From Mantamonas sphyraenae STR306 (taxonomy: Eukaryota; Protista; CRuMs), in contig JAPMXV010000004.1 of NCBI GenBank assembly GCA_026936335.1, positions 310,001 to 374,000 on the forward strand: a DNA stretch of 64,000 bases, in the 5' to 3' direction. The notes below the pieces were generated by a model, which was not told the DNA's origin, searched no databases, and saw nothing but the letters and a program-made list of their open reading frames with translations. Shown one piece after another: positions 35,001-50,000 of this stretch; within the stretch, counting starts at the first letter, position 1, and every line of letters starts with the position of its first letter. The position numbers and the translations under genes are program-made.

Positions 35001-38000
35001 TACGGTGACTTGTTTCCTGCCGAATCCAAGCGGCACAGCTCAGGGCCCGTGGGCACCAACTGTGCGCTGAATGACGTCAAGTGAGTGCACTGGCACGTTG
35101 TGTATCCTGGTTGCGACGCCACGCGCTTGCAGCCTTTTGTACTCCACACACGCTCCGCCGTGTCAAAGTACCGGCATTCCGTACGCTCGTACGCCGTCGC
35201 GTCACGTCCAGCCCACGGCAAATGGAACTCAAACGGTTCACTCAGATCCCTCACGGAGATGGCTGTGTTGTTCAGATGGTACAGCGACAGCGACACCACA
35301 GGCGACGAAAGCGCCTGCGTGTCGTTCACAGCCACCACCTCGTGCGGGTCAAAGTCGAGCCGCATCAGACGTCTGTGAACGCACTCGTTTGCACGCACCC
35401 CAAGGGACGCGCCAAGCACACGCGGCACGTTGACACGCGCCCCATTCAGCTGCAGCTCCGTGGCGTTCAGTAGGGTGGACCCAAACACATTGTGCGCCTG
35501 CGCGTACACAAGTGTACTCGGCACCGTCAATTCCTGCTCGCCGCAGGCTCGATCGCGCATGTGGTGCTGGATTGTGCGCTCCACCAGCTCCAATGCCTCG
35601 CGTTGGAATGCGCTCTTGGCCTTGTTTGCCCGCCCGACGCTCACATCCTCGATTGTGCGACCGCGTCGCAGCACGACCGCGCTCATGGCTTCCATGGCAC
35701 TGCGCATCGTCTGCTCCGTGATGCTTACGCTGCTGTTGATTGCTTTGTCCACCATTTTGCGCACGTACTCTGCGCCAATGTCCACCGACGCGGTCGGGCA
35801 CCTCCTCGTGTCGAAGAAGCGCAATGTGCAGCAGCTGCATCTGCTGTTCCACGTGCTCCTTGTTAAGTCCAACTCGCCCTGGTTCTTGGTTCACAATGGT
35901 CTTGACCAGCTCGTCGCGGATCGCCTGTCGCGGAGCCAGCTGTGTGGCATTCTCCACCGGCCGCCTGTTCAAATCGTCTGCAATCACGTACAGCAGATCA
36001 TTCACGCGGTCTCCGTCTGATGTTTTAACTGCACCCGACAGTTGCACACCCACCATCTCCTCCAACACAAACTGCTCGTACGTCTGGAATGCCGATGTTG
36101 AAGGCGACGGCACCACGCGCACCGTGCGCTCTACACGCACCATTGCGCCGCGATTGTCACGCACATAAACTGCCAGAGTCACCGTGTAATTGGACGTGGC
36201 GTTTCCCTGGGGCACACAACGTCAATGCTGCTGCGCTGCGAGTTGAGCACGAGCGGCACTTCGCTTGCAGACCCGCCTGCCGAAACCGCCGTGGAGGCTT
36301 CGAACGAGGTGCCACTCTTGTAGAACACCGAAAAGGTGATGGGCAGATCCAACGGTTCGTCATCCCACTCCAGGGCAGACACGCGGAACGTTGTGTTCAG
36401 CGCCACACCTGCGTGTGGTGTCACCGTCACACTACCCCCGCGCGGTGCCGCGTTGACCACGACGCGCGCGTCTGCATACGCTGCTCCGTTCACGTCGCTC
36501 GCCTGTACTCTGAACACATAAATGCCACCGGGCAGGAGCACGCCAGGATTGATGACCAGGTGCGCGTTGCGCCTGTTGCTTCGCACCGTGGCCACCTCGT
36601 CCGTCAGATCCAGTTGGCCCTGCTCCAGTGTCCACAGGTACGTCAAGGGGTCGTTCGTGCGTGAAGAGGCGATGCTCGTCAGCACCAAGCGCTGGTTGGC
36701 GTTCACGCGGCCCACCGCACTCACGCGCACGCTCGGCACCTGGCCAGCAACCATGCGTACGTCAGTGGTACCTTTGGCCACGCGTCCATCGCTCAAGCGC
36801 TTGATTTCCACCTGTACTTCGTAGTCTCCTACACTCAGCTGCAGTCCAGCCACCGAAAACGTGCCGGTCGGCTCCACCACGCTTCCGTTCAAGGCCACCG
36901 CGCGCGTCAACGCTACCCGGTCCACACGCCACACGGTCCAATTGAAGGAAAAGTCCGACACGGGTGTGTCAACGAGGTCCAACCCCTCAAGCGCAGACAG
37001 CGACAGAACCTGGTCGCGTGCCACACTGCGGTTGGCCCCGGCAATGATGGCCTCAAATGAAGCTGCGATTCCTGTCACTTGCACCTCTACGAACGACGTC
37101 AGGGTTCCCTCTTGCACAACGGTCGCACGAAGCGTGTGCTGCTGGCCGTGGGCCAATGAGTACGCCGGCAGGATCAGACGCCTTCGTGTGCGGCTCGTCG
37201 GATCCAGGCTCAGGCCGCTTGCCGACTGCAGAGTCCATGTCACTGCCAACGAGGGTGCATTGGACGTGCACGAGCTGGCCTGTAGCACGACCTCGAGCAC
37301 ATGGTCTCTGTTGGCTTCCAGTTGTCGGGTGGCGTCTCCCAACAGTGTGATCGTAGGCACGGCCTGGGCGGATTTGCTCACACGCTCACACTTGACGCTG
37401 CTGTTGTACCCCAGAAAGTTGGTCACCTTTAGACAGATGTCTGCCACTGTTCCGGCCAACACAGCACTCGCCGGCACCTCCACCGTGCTCGCTGAGCTTG
37501 CAACTCCACCCAACAAGGAGACAAGTTGGACGGGCGAAGGTCCAGACACGGGCACCACAGACCACGAGTACACCAATGGGTGTGTGCCTGCGCCCGTCGA
37601 CGTGCTTCCGTCCACTTCCAAGCCGTCGCATGCGCCAATTTGGTGCGGTACGTTGACCATGGCCACCGGCGGTTTCACCTCTGCTGGTGCGCTCACGCTC
37701 ACAGTTTGGCCTCCAAGCGCCTGATACAGGTTGTCAACCGCCGTGCTGTTGTCCTTGCCCAGAATGACACCCCCTTTGAGGGCGATCACAGAGCCGATCA
37801 CAGCGGTGTTTCCCTCCGCGAGCGACACTCGCATCGTTCGCGGGTCCACCCACTGGCAGACAGCCGCGGGGCCCACCACGCTCATCGATGCTGCAGAGAG
37901 GTACTTGGTGCACGCGTGTTGCCCCTGTTGGTTCGTGCTGCGGTCAAACACGAGCTCCAGCGCAGACAACAGCTGGTCGAACTGCGTGCTCGCCACACGA

Positions 38001-41000
38001 GGCGGAGGGTAGAACATCAACAACGGGGCGCCGACGTCGGAGAACAGCTGGCCGCCGTTCACAGAAACGCGCAACTCCACACGACGAGGCGACGGCACAG
38101 GACGCACACGGCACACAAGCGCCGTGGCATTCAACCACGTGCCACCAACCACGTACTCGCGGTCAATCTGACAGCGCACGTGTGCAAGCGTACCGTTGCT
38201 TCCAAAGTTGCTTCCGTGCACCACCACGTCCGTGTACTCGTCAAACGCCACTGCCACCGGAACCGCCCTCTCGGCACGAACGCACGTCGAGTTGTCACCA
38301 CCGCACACGCCGCAGTAATCATTCACAACACCGCTGTTGGGGAAGCCGTCGCACCCAGCACACACAGTGTGGTCGCCGCCGCACACGCCACACGAGTCGA
38401 CAAGTTTGCCCGAAAAGGGAACACCGTCGCATCCCAGGCAAGTCGTGTTGTCGCCCTTGCACACACCACATGCGTCGTACGTTGCACCGCTGTTTGGCAG
38501 ACCATCACATCCTGCACAAGCGCCCCCGCTACCTCCACACACTCCACACGCATCGAAAGACAGGCCCGAGTTTGGCACGCCGTCGCATCCGACACATGTG
38601 GTGTTTGTACCGTTGCACACCAGACACTCGTCGCGCACGAGGCCCGAGTTCGGCACGCCGTCGCACCCTTTGCAAGTTGCGTTGTTTCCTCCGCATACCA
38701 AACACTCGTCGTACACAAGTCCCGACGTCTGCGTGCCGTCACACCACAGCACAAACAAATCGATCGTCGTGCTCGCCAAAGGCATGCCTTGCCACACGTA
38801 TGAGAGGGTCACGTTCTCGACCCCGTGGTAACTCAAATCCGGTCGGATGGTGACAAGCTTCACCAGCTGCGCCAGTTGCGCGACCGTACCGTTCAACACG
38901 GCCACGCGCCCGAGCGACTGTGTGTTGTTCAGGCGCACGTTGCTGTGCAACGCAGATACCGTCAGTTGCACAACATCCGTGGCCGAAAGGTCCACGTCGC
39001 TGAACTGCACACCTGCACTGGCCAGCGCATACACGGTGCGATCCACAACCCCGATAGGCTGCGTCTGCGGTTGGGTGATATTCTGCAACGTCAACTGCGC
39101 CACATCGTCCACGCTCTGTACCAACAGCACCGCGCGGCGCTCACTGGCCCCAGCGCCATCGTGGACCCACAGGGATACGTTCACGCTTCCGTGGAAGTTG
39201 GTCTCCGGGAAGAGAACCACACGGCCCCATGCCAGCGCATCGTTGCACGTGCTCACGTTACATACGAACTGCCACGTCTGTGGACCTCCTGGCGAAAGCA
39301 GACGGACGCCTGAACCTTGAAGGGTGACGTTCACCAGCAGCGGTGCCGATGCGCCCAAGTCCACGTCCTCGATGCGGATCGCCGGGAGGGTATATGCCGT
39401 GTCTTCTGGGGTTGACACAACACTCGGAAGGCTTGTGTTGATGAGGGGCAGGTCGTTCACACTGTGCACCACCACAGCAATGCTTGCACTTGCGTTCAGT
39501 GCTCCGTTGATGTCCCCCACGTTGCGGTCGCTAACGCGCACCTCCAGTTGGGTAACACCGAAAAAGTGGGGCTGCGATACAAGCTGCAGTTGTCCAAGCA
39601 GCTCATTGCACAAATCCACGGCGCACACGACGTGGACACCTTGGACGGGCCCGGCGCCGACGTCGACCTGCCCATGCGCCAGCCATACATCCAACTGCAT
39701 TGGGGCGCGCTCGCCGTCTGCATCCACGATGCGCATGGATGATGCATTCACGGGTGCAAAGTCTTCCGTCAAATTGAACACACTTGGCACGCCTACGAGC
39801 TGCGGCGCCGTGTTGACGGCGTCCACCTGCACGGTCAAGGTCAGGTTGACGGTGCCTCCGTGCTCGTCGGTCACAGACACGGTTACGTGTACAGTGCCAA
39901 AGAAATGCTCCACCGGTACAAAATGCAATCCGTGCAAAGTACTGTTCGCATTTGCCAGGCTAACATTGGCACTCGTCGTGTTACCAGCAAGGAGGACGGC
40001 ACCAGACGATGCTTCGACTTGCACTGCAAGTGTGCTAGAGTCTACGTCATCCACACTGACGCCTGTCAACGCGACAGGCACCGACTCTCGCGTATTGAAC
40101 ACAAGTTGCACGGCGGTCAGGAAAGGCACGTCGTTCACAGAGAGCACTTGGATGCTCACGTTGCGTGCGCTCGTCGCCAGCCCGTCTGCAAGCACAAGCT
40201 CAAGCGTGTCTGCTCCAAAGTAGTTTGCGTCCGGTACGTACCACAGGCTCTTCACCGTTTCGTTCACCTGTCCAAGTACTCCTTGCACCACCACTTCCCG
40301 TGTCCCTTGTCCATATGTACCGTTCGTCACCCGTCCATGGCCTGCCCGCACAACCAGCGTCGCAGGGTGTTCCGCCGTCGCGTCAACATCTCGCAGAGAC
40401 ACAACCTCGCCAAGTGCAAAGCCCACGTCCTCGTTGCACACAGCCACACTCTGCGCCACAACAATCTCCAGTGCATCGTCCACCGAGCTCACGTTCACAC
40501 TCGTGTTCACTGCAAACGCCACAGCTCCACGATCCTTGAACGTCCATGCAATCACGTCCGCCCCGTGGTAGTGTGCGTCAGGCACGTAGTACAGCAGTCC
40601 TGCATCCAACTGCACCTGCAGCGTCGAGATCATTCCCTCCAAGCCTATCGTTCGCCCTGTCATCGTGACGTTCACCCCGCCCACGTGGCTCCCATTCGCC
40701 ATCACCCGCCCATGCATCGTCGTTGCTTCGATGCGGATCGCAGGCTCTGCCGTGTCCACATCCTGCAGAACGACTCCCACAATCCTTTTCGCAGTGTCTT
40801 CCACAACGTCCACCGTTACAGGTACCGTTGCAGTCAGCGCATCGTTCACCTCGCTCACAACCACAGTCACACGTGCCCACGTCCACAGTCCAAGCTCGTC
40901 CGTCACGTTCACCTGTACGCTCGCGTTGCCGTAAAAGTTGGCATCCGGGATCATCACCACTGACCTCACTGCGGCCTCCACCACCTGCACGCTGCCCACA

Positions 41001-44000
41001 ACGCTCACATTCCTGCTCAGGCCAGCCCCGCCGCTCACATTCACTCGCCCGTGTGCCGCTACAATCTCCACACGCATCTCCGCACCTCCCACGTCTACGT
41101 CAGACACAGACACTCCACCCCCAATCGCCACCGCCGTGTCTTCCTGTGTCCACACCGTGTCCGGTAGTCCGCTCACCACAGGCCTGTCGTTCACACTCGC
41201 AACAAACAGCGTCACATTCACACGCGTGATCTGGGCTCCGCCTGCTCCGCTCGCCCCGTTGTCCGTCACCTCAATCTGAAGCACGTCGCCCCCCGTGTAG
41301 TGCAGCGACGGTGTGTACTCAACCACACTCAACGCCCCACTCACGTCACTGTGCAGCCCAGAAAACACCATTACAGGAACGCCCGTGGCCGTGCCCGTCG
41401 AAAACGTCACTCCAGACGTCGTGTTCAGCGCAAGCACACCATGGCTCACCTTCAGTTGCACCGCCAGGTTTGCGTGGCCCACATCCACGTCGCTCACAGT
41501 CATCCCACTCACAACCACACTCGTGTCCTCCAGCAGTGTCAACGTCGACGCAGGCACCCCTCCAATGACCGGCCCATCGTTCACCGATTGGACGATCACA
41601 CTCAGGCTCACGCTTCCACCTGCACTCTCCGCGTTGAACGCTGCCACAACAAGACTTGCAGATCCGCGCCAGTGCAAATCACCAGTCACGTTCAGTCCTG
41701 CCAGGTGTCGGTTGATCTTTTCCAGCTCTCCATGCAGGGCCACACTCTGCCGGTCTGTTGCCCACACCACACTGTACGTATCTGCCACGGGGTCGCTGCT
41801 GTTGAACCCCAGTCGCACATTTCCACTGGTCACATTCACCCATACAGTCGTGCTCAACGGTGTGTCGATGTCCAGTACCTGCACGCCTTCCACCCGCAGC
41901 ACAACATCTTCCGACACCACAAACGCCGTTTGTGCAGCAACAACCACCGGCAGGTCGTTCACAGACACAACCTGCACCGCCACCGTTCCCGTCCCGTTCG
42001 CCACACCGTCTCCAACCAGCACATGCACAGAATCCACCCCGTTCCAGTTTGCATCCGGCACATACTCCATGCATCCCACAGCAGACTGTACACACCAGTA
42101 CGGCATCTCGTACGTCCACTTCCTGCCCGTTACACTGGCACTCAACGCACATGATCCGTTGCACACCTTCACCACTCCGTTCTCGGCGCTCACCTCCACC
42201 GTGTACACGTCATTGCTCGACGATCCCACGCCCGCAACGTCCACATCGTACATCGATACTTGCCACAACGTCGTGTTACCATCTTCCAGCACAACCGCTG
42301 CTCCCGTGCTGTTAACCACAACCACAGGTGCGTCGTTCACAGGCGTCACCACAATCGTCTCCACCGCCACCGCCTGTTCACCCTGTGCGTCTTTCACACC
42401 CACGCTCACGCTCACGTTGCCGTTCTCGTCCTTCCCACTCACATACTCCACCGTCCCAAGCACGGCGTTCACGCTCGCCACACTCCCGTTCACCACAAAT
42501 CCGCTACCAACTTCAACCACAGCACTGCCACTCACAAACGCCTCCACCGGCCCATGCTTGTTCAGCTCCGTCGTCAGCTGCAGATTCGTCGCACGCGCTC
42601 CAAGTCGGTCGTCGTTCCCAAACCCAAAGTATCCTCCGTCGTCGTGTCCCCAGTCGCCCAGCCACAGATATCCCTCTGCGTCCACGCGCACAAACATATC
42701 CAATCCGTGCTGGTTTGCCCCGTTCCCGCCCGCCGGGAACGAGTACACATCTCCAGCGCCCATTGGGTTCGTCAGACTGCCGCCCCGTCGAAAGTTGAAC
42801 GCACTGTCGTAGTAAAACACACGCCCGTCCACCGTCCACAGTCGGTGCCCAAACGCATCCTGCTCCGTCGATCGGTACGAGTTGGGCGGTGCAAACGCAC
42901 TCGATCCCGTCGTCCGCACACTCACGTTCAGCCTCTCCCAGTCCACACTAAACACAACGTCCGTCCGCGAGTTCGATCGGAACAGAAACTCGCTCAATCC
43001 GTCGCTCACAAACACCAGCTCGTTCGAGGACGTCGTCAGGCCCAGGTCTCCCGTCAGTCCAAGCTCCCCAAACGACTTGCCATACGTCACTCCGTTGTCC
43101 GCCAGCCACGTTGCGCTGCCGGCCCCGACCACCGTCAGGTGTTGTCCCCTGCCGCTCTGGTCGTACAGCTGCGCCCCACCACACTCATCCACCTTGTAGT
43201 ACGCCCGCACATCGCTCTCGCGCCCGTGTCGACCGTAGTATCGCAGCGTCGTCGTCTCTCCAGTCGTCACGTGTCCCTCCAACACAATCACCTCGTCGTA
43301 CTCGCACGTGCTCGTCTCAGACCCCACACGCAGTGTCTGTCCACTCGCCATCGTGTATCCAGCCTGTACCGTGCCCGTGTACGCAACCGCAGAATCTACA
43401 ATCACTTGCAGCTGTCCACTCTGCGATGTCCACGCAACCGCAATGTGTCGCAGCGCTCCTGCGTCCACACCCACGCCCGTGTTCACCGTCGTCCCACCAA
43501 TCGTCACCTGCACAGACGACGACCCGCGGATGCGCATCACGTCTCCGCCATACCGGATGTCAATCTCCTGGCCCGAGTTCGCATTCACAATCGCTGCCAC
43601 TGTCACCACGCTGTTTGGCCACGTCGACATGCTTGCACGCGTTGCGTACGTTCCGCCTCCTCCGTTCATCCCCACTCGGCATCCATTCAGGCCAAACCGC
43701 ACCAGTGCGTTCTGCGGGTCCAGCCACAGCTCCTTTCCAATCGCGTTGAAGCTCACAGGACGCGCCGTCGTCGCCATACCCACCGGTGCCACTCCGGGCA
43801 ACTTTCGCACCGTCGCATCTTCCGTTCCGTCTCGTCGCCACGTCCTCCACTCCACTCCGCTCGTGTAGGTCGCTTCCACCGACCCAATCTGGCCTGTGTT
43901 GTCCGTCCACAGCGTCGTCGAGTCGTGGTCGTCGATCGAGTACAGAAAGTGTTGCGATGCCACACTGCCGCTCTTCCATCCAGGCGTGCTGCCGTTGCTC

Positions 44001-47000
44001 GTAAACACAGATGCCCATCCGCCGCCGTCCATGCTCATCTCACAGTACACCAGCACACTCTTCATCGGCCCCTCTCCGTCCACATCCACCACATACAGAC
44101 CGCTCTCGTTCGCTCCTCGTGCACGGTACGCGTGGCAGTCTCGCGCCCACGACGCAACCACTCCGCTCTCCATCTCGCTCCCGTTCACAAGTCGCTTGTA
44201 AAACTGTCCGCCGCCTCCAGCTCCCACCAGCTGGCCTGCTTCCACGTTGGCAAACAGCCGCCCACTTCCAGTCACATTCACTGTCACTGTCAATTGAGCG
44301 CCCACGTCCACGTCGCTGACCTGAAGGCCTGGCAGAGCGACACGCACATCCTCCGGCGCCGTGTATCCACCCGCCTGCAGCTGTGCCGTCGGTGCGTCGT
44401 TCACAGAGAGCACTTGGATGCTCACGTTGCGTGCGCTCGTCGACAGCCCGTCTGCAAGCACAAGCTCAAGCGTGTCTGCTCCAAAGTAGTTTGCGTCCGG
44501 TACGTACCACAGGCTCTTCACCGTTTCGTTCACCTGTCCAAGTACTCCTTGCACCACCACTTCCCGTGTCCCTTGTCCATATGTACCGTTCGTCACCCGT
44601 CCATGGCCTGCCCGCACAACCAGCGTCGCAGGGTGTTCCGCCGTCGCGTCAACATCTCGCAGAGACACAACCTCGCCAAGTGCAAAGCCCACGTCCTCGT
44701 TGCACACAGCCACACTCTGCGCCACAACAATCTCCAGTGCATCGTCCACCGAGCTCACGTTCACACTCGTGTTCACTGCAAACGCCACAGCTCCACGATC
44801 CTTGAACGTCCATGCAATCACGTCCGCCCCGTGGTAGTGTGCGTCAGGCACGTAGTACAGCAGTCCTGCATCCAACTGCACCTGCAGCGTCGAGATCATT
44901 CCCTCCAAGCCTATCGTTCGCCCTGTCATCGTGACGTTCACCCCGCCCACGTGGCTCCCATTCGCCATCACCCGCCCATGCATCGTCGTTGCTTCGATGC
45001 GGATCGCAGGCTCTGCCGTGTCCACATCCTGCAGAACGACTCCCACAATCCTTTTCGCAGTGTCTTCCACAACGTCCACCGTTACAGGTACCGTTGCAGT
45101 CAGCGCATCGTTCACCTCGCTCACAACCACAGTCACACGTGCCCACGTCCACAGTCCAAGCTCGTCCGTCACGTTCACCTGTACGCTCGCGTTGCCGTAA
45201 AAGTTGGCATCCGGGATCATCACCACTGACCTCACTGCGGCCTCCACCACCTGCACACTGCCCACAACGCTCACATTCCTGCTCAGGCCAGCCCCGCCGC
45301 TCACATTCACTCGCCCGTGTGCCGCTACAATCTCCACACGCATCTCCGCACCTCCCACGTCTACGTCAGACACAGACACTCCACCCCCAATCGCCACCGC
45401 CGTGTCTTCCTGTGTCCACACCGTGTCCGGTAGTCCGCTCACCACAGGCCTGTCGTTCACACTCGCAACAAACAGCGTCACATTCACACGCGTGATCTGG
45501 GCTCCGCCTGCTCCGCTCGCCCCGTTGTCCGTCACCTCAATCTGAAGCACGTCGCCCCCCGTGTAGTGCAGCGACGGTGTGTACTCAACCACACTCAACG
45601 CCCCACTCACGTCACTGTGCAGCCCAGAAAACACCATTACAGGAACGCCCGTGGCCGTGCCCGTCGAAAACGTCACTCCAGACGTCGTGTTCAGCGCAAG
45701 CACACCATGGCTCACCTTCAGTTGCACCTCCAGATTTGCGTGGCCAACATCCACGTCGCTCACAGTCATCCCACTCACAACCACACTCGTGTCCTCCAGC
45801 AGTGTCAACGTAGACGCAGGCACCCCTCCAATGACCGGCCCATCGTTCACCGATTGGACGATCACACTCAGGCTCACGCTTCCACCTGCACTCTCCGCGT
45901 TGAACGCTGCCACAACAAGACTTGCAGATCCGCGCCAGTGCAAATCACCAGTCACGTTCAGTCCTGCCAGGTGTCGGTTGATCTTTTCCAGCTCTCCATG
46001 CAGGGCCACACTCTGCCGGTCTGTTGCCCACACCACACTGTACGTATCTGCCACGGGGTCGCTGCTGTTGAACCCCAGTCGCACATTTCCACTGGTCACA
46101 TTCACCCATACAGTCGTGCTCAACGGTGTGTCGATGTCCAGTACCTGCACGCCTTCCACCCGCAGCACAACATCTTCCGACACCACAAACGCCGTTTGTG
46201 CAGCAACAACCACCGGCAGGTCGTTCACAGACACAACCTGCACCGCCACCGTTCCCGTCCCGTTCGCCACACCGTCTCCAACCAGCACATGCACAGAATC
46301 CACCCCGTTCCAGTTTGCATCCGGCACATACTCCATGCATCCCACAGCAGACTGTACACACCAGTACGGCATCTCGTACGTCCACTTCCTGCCCGTTACA
46401 CTGGCACTCAACGCACATGATCCGTTGCACACCTTCACCACTCCGTTCTCGGCGCTCACCTCCACCGTGTACACGTCATTGCTCGACGATCCCACGCCCA
46501 CAACGTCCACATCGTACATCGATACTTGCCACAACGTCGTGTTACCATCTTCCAGCACAACCGCTGCTCCCGTGCTGTTAACCACAACCACAGGTGCGTC
46601 GTTCACAGGCGTCACCACAATCGTCTCCACCGCCACCGCCTGTTCACCCTGTGCGTCTTTCACACCCACGCTCACGCTCACGTTGCCGTTCTCGTCCTTC
46701 CCACTCACATACTCCACCGTCCCAAGCACGGCGTTCACGCTCGCCACACTCCCGCTCACCACAAATCCGCTACCAACTTCAACCACAGCACTGCCACTCA
46801 CAAACGCCTCCACCGGCCCATGCTTGTTCAGCTCCGTCGTCAGCTGCAGATTCGTCGCACGCGCTCCAAGTCGGTCGTCGTTCCCAAACCCAAAGTATCC
46901 TCCGTCGTCGTGTCCCCAGTCGCCCAGCCACAGATATCCCTCTGCGTCCACGCGCACAAACATATCCAATCCGTGCTGGTTTGCCCCGTTCCCGCCCGCC

Positions 47001-50000
47001 GGGAACGAGTACACATCTCCAGCGCCCATTGGGTTCGTCAGACTGCCGCCCCGTCGAAAGTTGAACGCACTGTCGTAGTAAAACACACGCCCGTCCACCG
47101 TCCACAGTCGGTGCCCAAACGCATCCTGCTCCGTCGATCGGTACGAGTTGGGCGGTGCAAACGCACTCGATCCCGTCGTCCGCACACTCACGTTCAGCCT
47201 CTCCCAGTCCACACTAAACACAACGTCCGTCCGCGAGTTCGATCGGAACAGAAACTCGCTCAATCCGTCGCTCACAAACACCAGCTCGTTCGAGGACGTC
47301 GTCAGGCCCAGGTCTCCCGTCAGTCCAAGCTCCCCAAACGACTTGCCATACGTCACTCCGTTGTCCGCCAGCCACGTTGCGCTGCCGGCCCCGACCACCG
47401 TCAGGTGTTGTCCCCTGCCGCTCTGGTCGTACAGCTGCGCCCCACCACACTCATCCACCTTGTAGTACGCTCGCACATCGCTCTCGCGCCCGTGTCGGCC
47501 GTAGTATCGCAGCGTCGTCGTCTCTCCAGTCGTCACGTGTCCCTCCAACACAATCACCTCGTCGTACTCGCACGTGCTCGTCTCAGACCCCACACGCAGT
47601 GTCTGTCCACTCGCCATCGTGTATCCAGCCTGTACCGTGCCCGTGTACGCAACCGCAGAATCTACAATCACTTGCAGCTGTCCACTCTGCGATGTCCACG
47701 CAACCGCAATGTGTCGCAGCGCTCCTGCGTCCACACCCACGCCCGTGTTCACCGTCGTCCCACCAATCGTCACCTGCACAGACGATGACCCACGGATACG
47801 CATCACGTCTCCGCCATACCGGATGTCAATCTCCTGGCCCGAGTTCGCATTCACAATCGCTGCCACTGTCACCACGCTGTTTGGCCACGTCGACATGCTT
47901 GCACGCGTTGCGTACGTTCCGCCTCCTCCGTTCATCCCCACTCGGCATCCATTCAGGCCAAACCGCACCAGTGCGTTCTGCGGGTCCAGCCACAGTTCCT
48001 TTCCAATCGCGTTGAAGCTCACAGGACGCGCCGTCGTCGCCATACCCACCGGTGCCACTCCGGGCAACTTTCGCACCGTCGCATCTTCCGTTCCGTCTCG
48101 TCGCCACGTCCTCCACTCCACTCCGCTCGTGTAGAGCGCTTCCACTGACCCAATCTGGCCTGTGTTGTCCGTCCACAGCGTCGTCGAGTCGTGGTCGTCG
48201 ATCGAGTACAGAAAGTGTTGCGATGCCACACTGCCGCTCTTCCATCCAGGCGTAGTGCCGTTGCTCGTAAACACAGATGCCCATCCGCCGCCGTCCATAC
48301 TCATCTCACAGTACACCAGCACGCTCTTCATCGGCCCCTCTCCGTCCACATCCACCACATATAGACCGCTCTCGTTCGCTCCTCGTGCACGGTACGCGTG
48401 GCAGTCACGCGCCCACGACGCAACCACCCCGCTCTCCATCTCGCTCCCGTTCACAAGTCGCTTGTAAAACTCTCCACCGCCTCCAGCTCCCACCAGCTGG
48501 CCTGCTTCCACGTTGGCAAAAAGTCGCCCACTTCCAGTCACATTCACTGTCACTGTCAATTGAGCGCCCACGTCCACGTCGCTGACCTGAAGGCCTGGCA
48601 GAGCGACGCGCACATCCTCCGGCGCCGTGTATCCACCCGCCTGCAGCTGTGCCGTCGGTGCGTCGTTCACGCCGCTCACTGTGATCGTCACGTTGTCGTG
48701 AACCACTGCCTCGCCGTCGTTTGCAACCACGAACAGCCTGTCTTCCCCTTCAAAGTGGAGCGTACCGCGGTACGTCAGCGTGGCCAACTGGGTGTTGATC
48801 GACGTTGTACCGCCCGTGAGTTGGATCGACGTGTGATTGGCCGGTTGACCATTGATGCCAATTCGACCATGGTCCGTGGTCAGTGTGACTGCAAGTTGTG
48901 CGCCTGCGTCTGCGTCAAAGACACGAACCAGCATCATCGCGGAGAGGGGTACATCTTCGGTCGCGGAAACGTTCTTTTGCGCAAGCTGTATCTGTGGCAA
49001 GTCGTTCACAGCGAGAACGTTGATGGTGATGTTTGCCACCAGCTGGTCGTCCACATAAATGACCACTGTGTCGACGCCAAACCAGTTTGCACTGGGAATG
49101 TAGGACACGTTGCCCAGCATGTTGTTCATCGCAACCAACGTGCCGGTCAACGAAATGACCCTGAACCCGAAAACCGGGTTGACGGTGAAGCCCGACAGTT
49201 GAAGCTGGCTTGTGTTGAAGAGAGTCAATGCCCCGGCATTCACCGACATGTTGAGTGTCACCACGGCCGTGTTTGGTAGGTCACCATCGCTCACGTTCAT
49301 GGGATTGAGTTGGAGTAGAACGTCTTCGGAGACAGTGTAGTGACGCGGCCCTCCCAGCACGGTCAGGTCCTCTACACCCTGGATCACCAGGGGAATATTC
49401 GCTGTGGCTGTGTAAACACCGCCCGCGCCGTTGTGGCCTTGATCACTCACGCTGATGGTCAAAAGGTCGGCGCCGTTGTAGTTTGTGCTGCCGCGATACG
49501 TAACTGTCGCCAGCATCGCATTGAGTTGAGTCAACGTTCCTGTGCAGCTCATTTGCGCATCTGAGCTGCCATCACCGATAGCAAACGTCAATCCGACAGT
49601 TGTGGCCACTGAAAAGGTGCCGTGTGACACCGTCACGTTCACACGCAACTCCTGTGACGCGACATCAACATCGCTGACGTTCGTACCCACAATTGCCACA
49701 GTGGTGTCTTCGAGGACAGTGACATGTCCTGGGACCAGCAGCAAAGGGCCATCGTTGACAGGTTCCACGACAATCGCCGTCATCGCGGTTGCGTTCAACG
49801 CTCCTGGAGAGCCAGTTGCTCCTTCGTCTGACACAAACACGGACAGTGTGTCCGTACCATGCCAGTGCAGCGACGGCAAGTACTGCAACCCCTGCAACAC
49901 GGCACGGATGGCTGTCAAGTTGCCCGAGCACACAATCTGCGGCTGCCAGAACCCGGTGCAGGCGACGCCACTGCTGTTGCTGGTGGACACCAGTCCGTTC

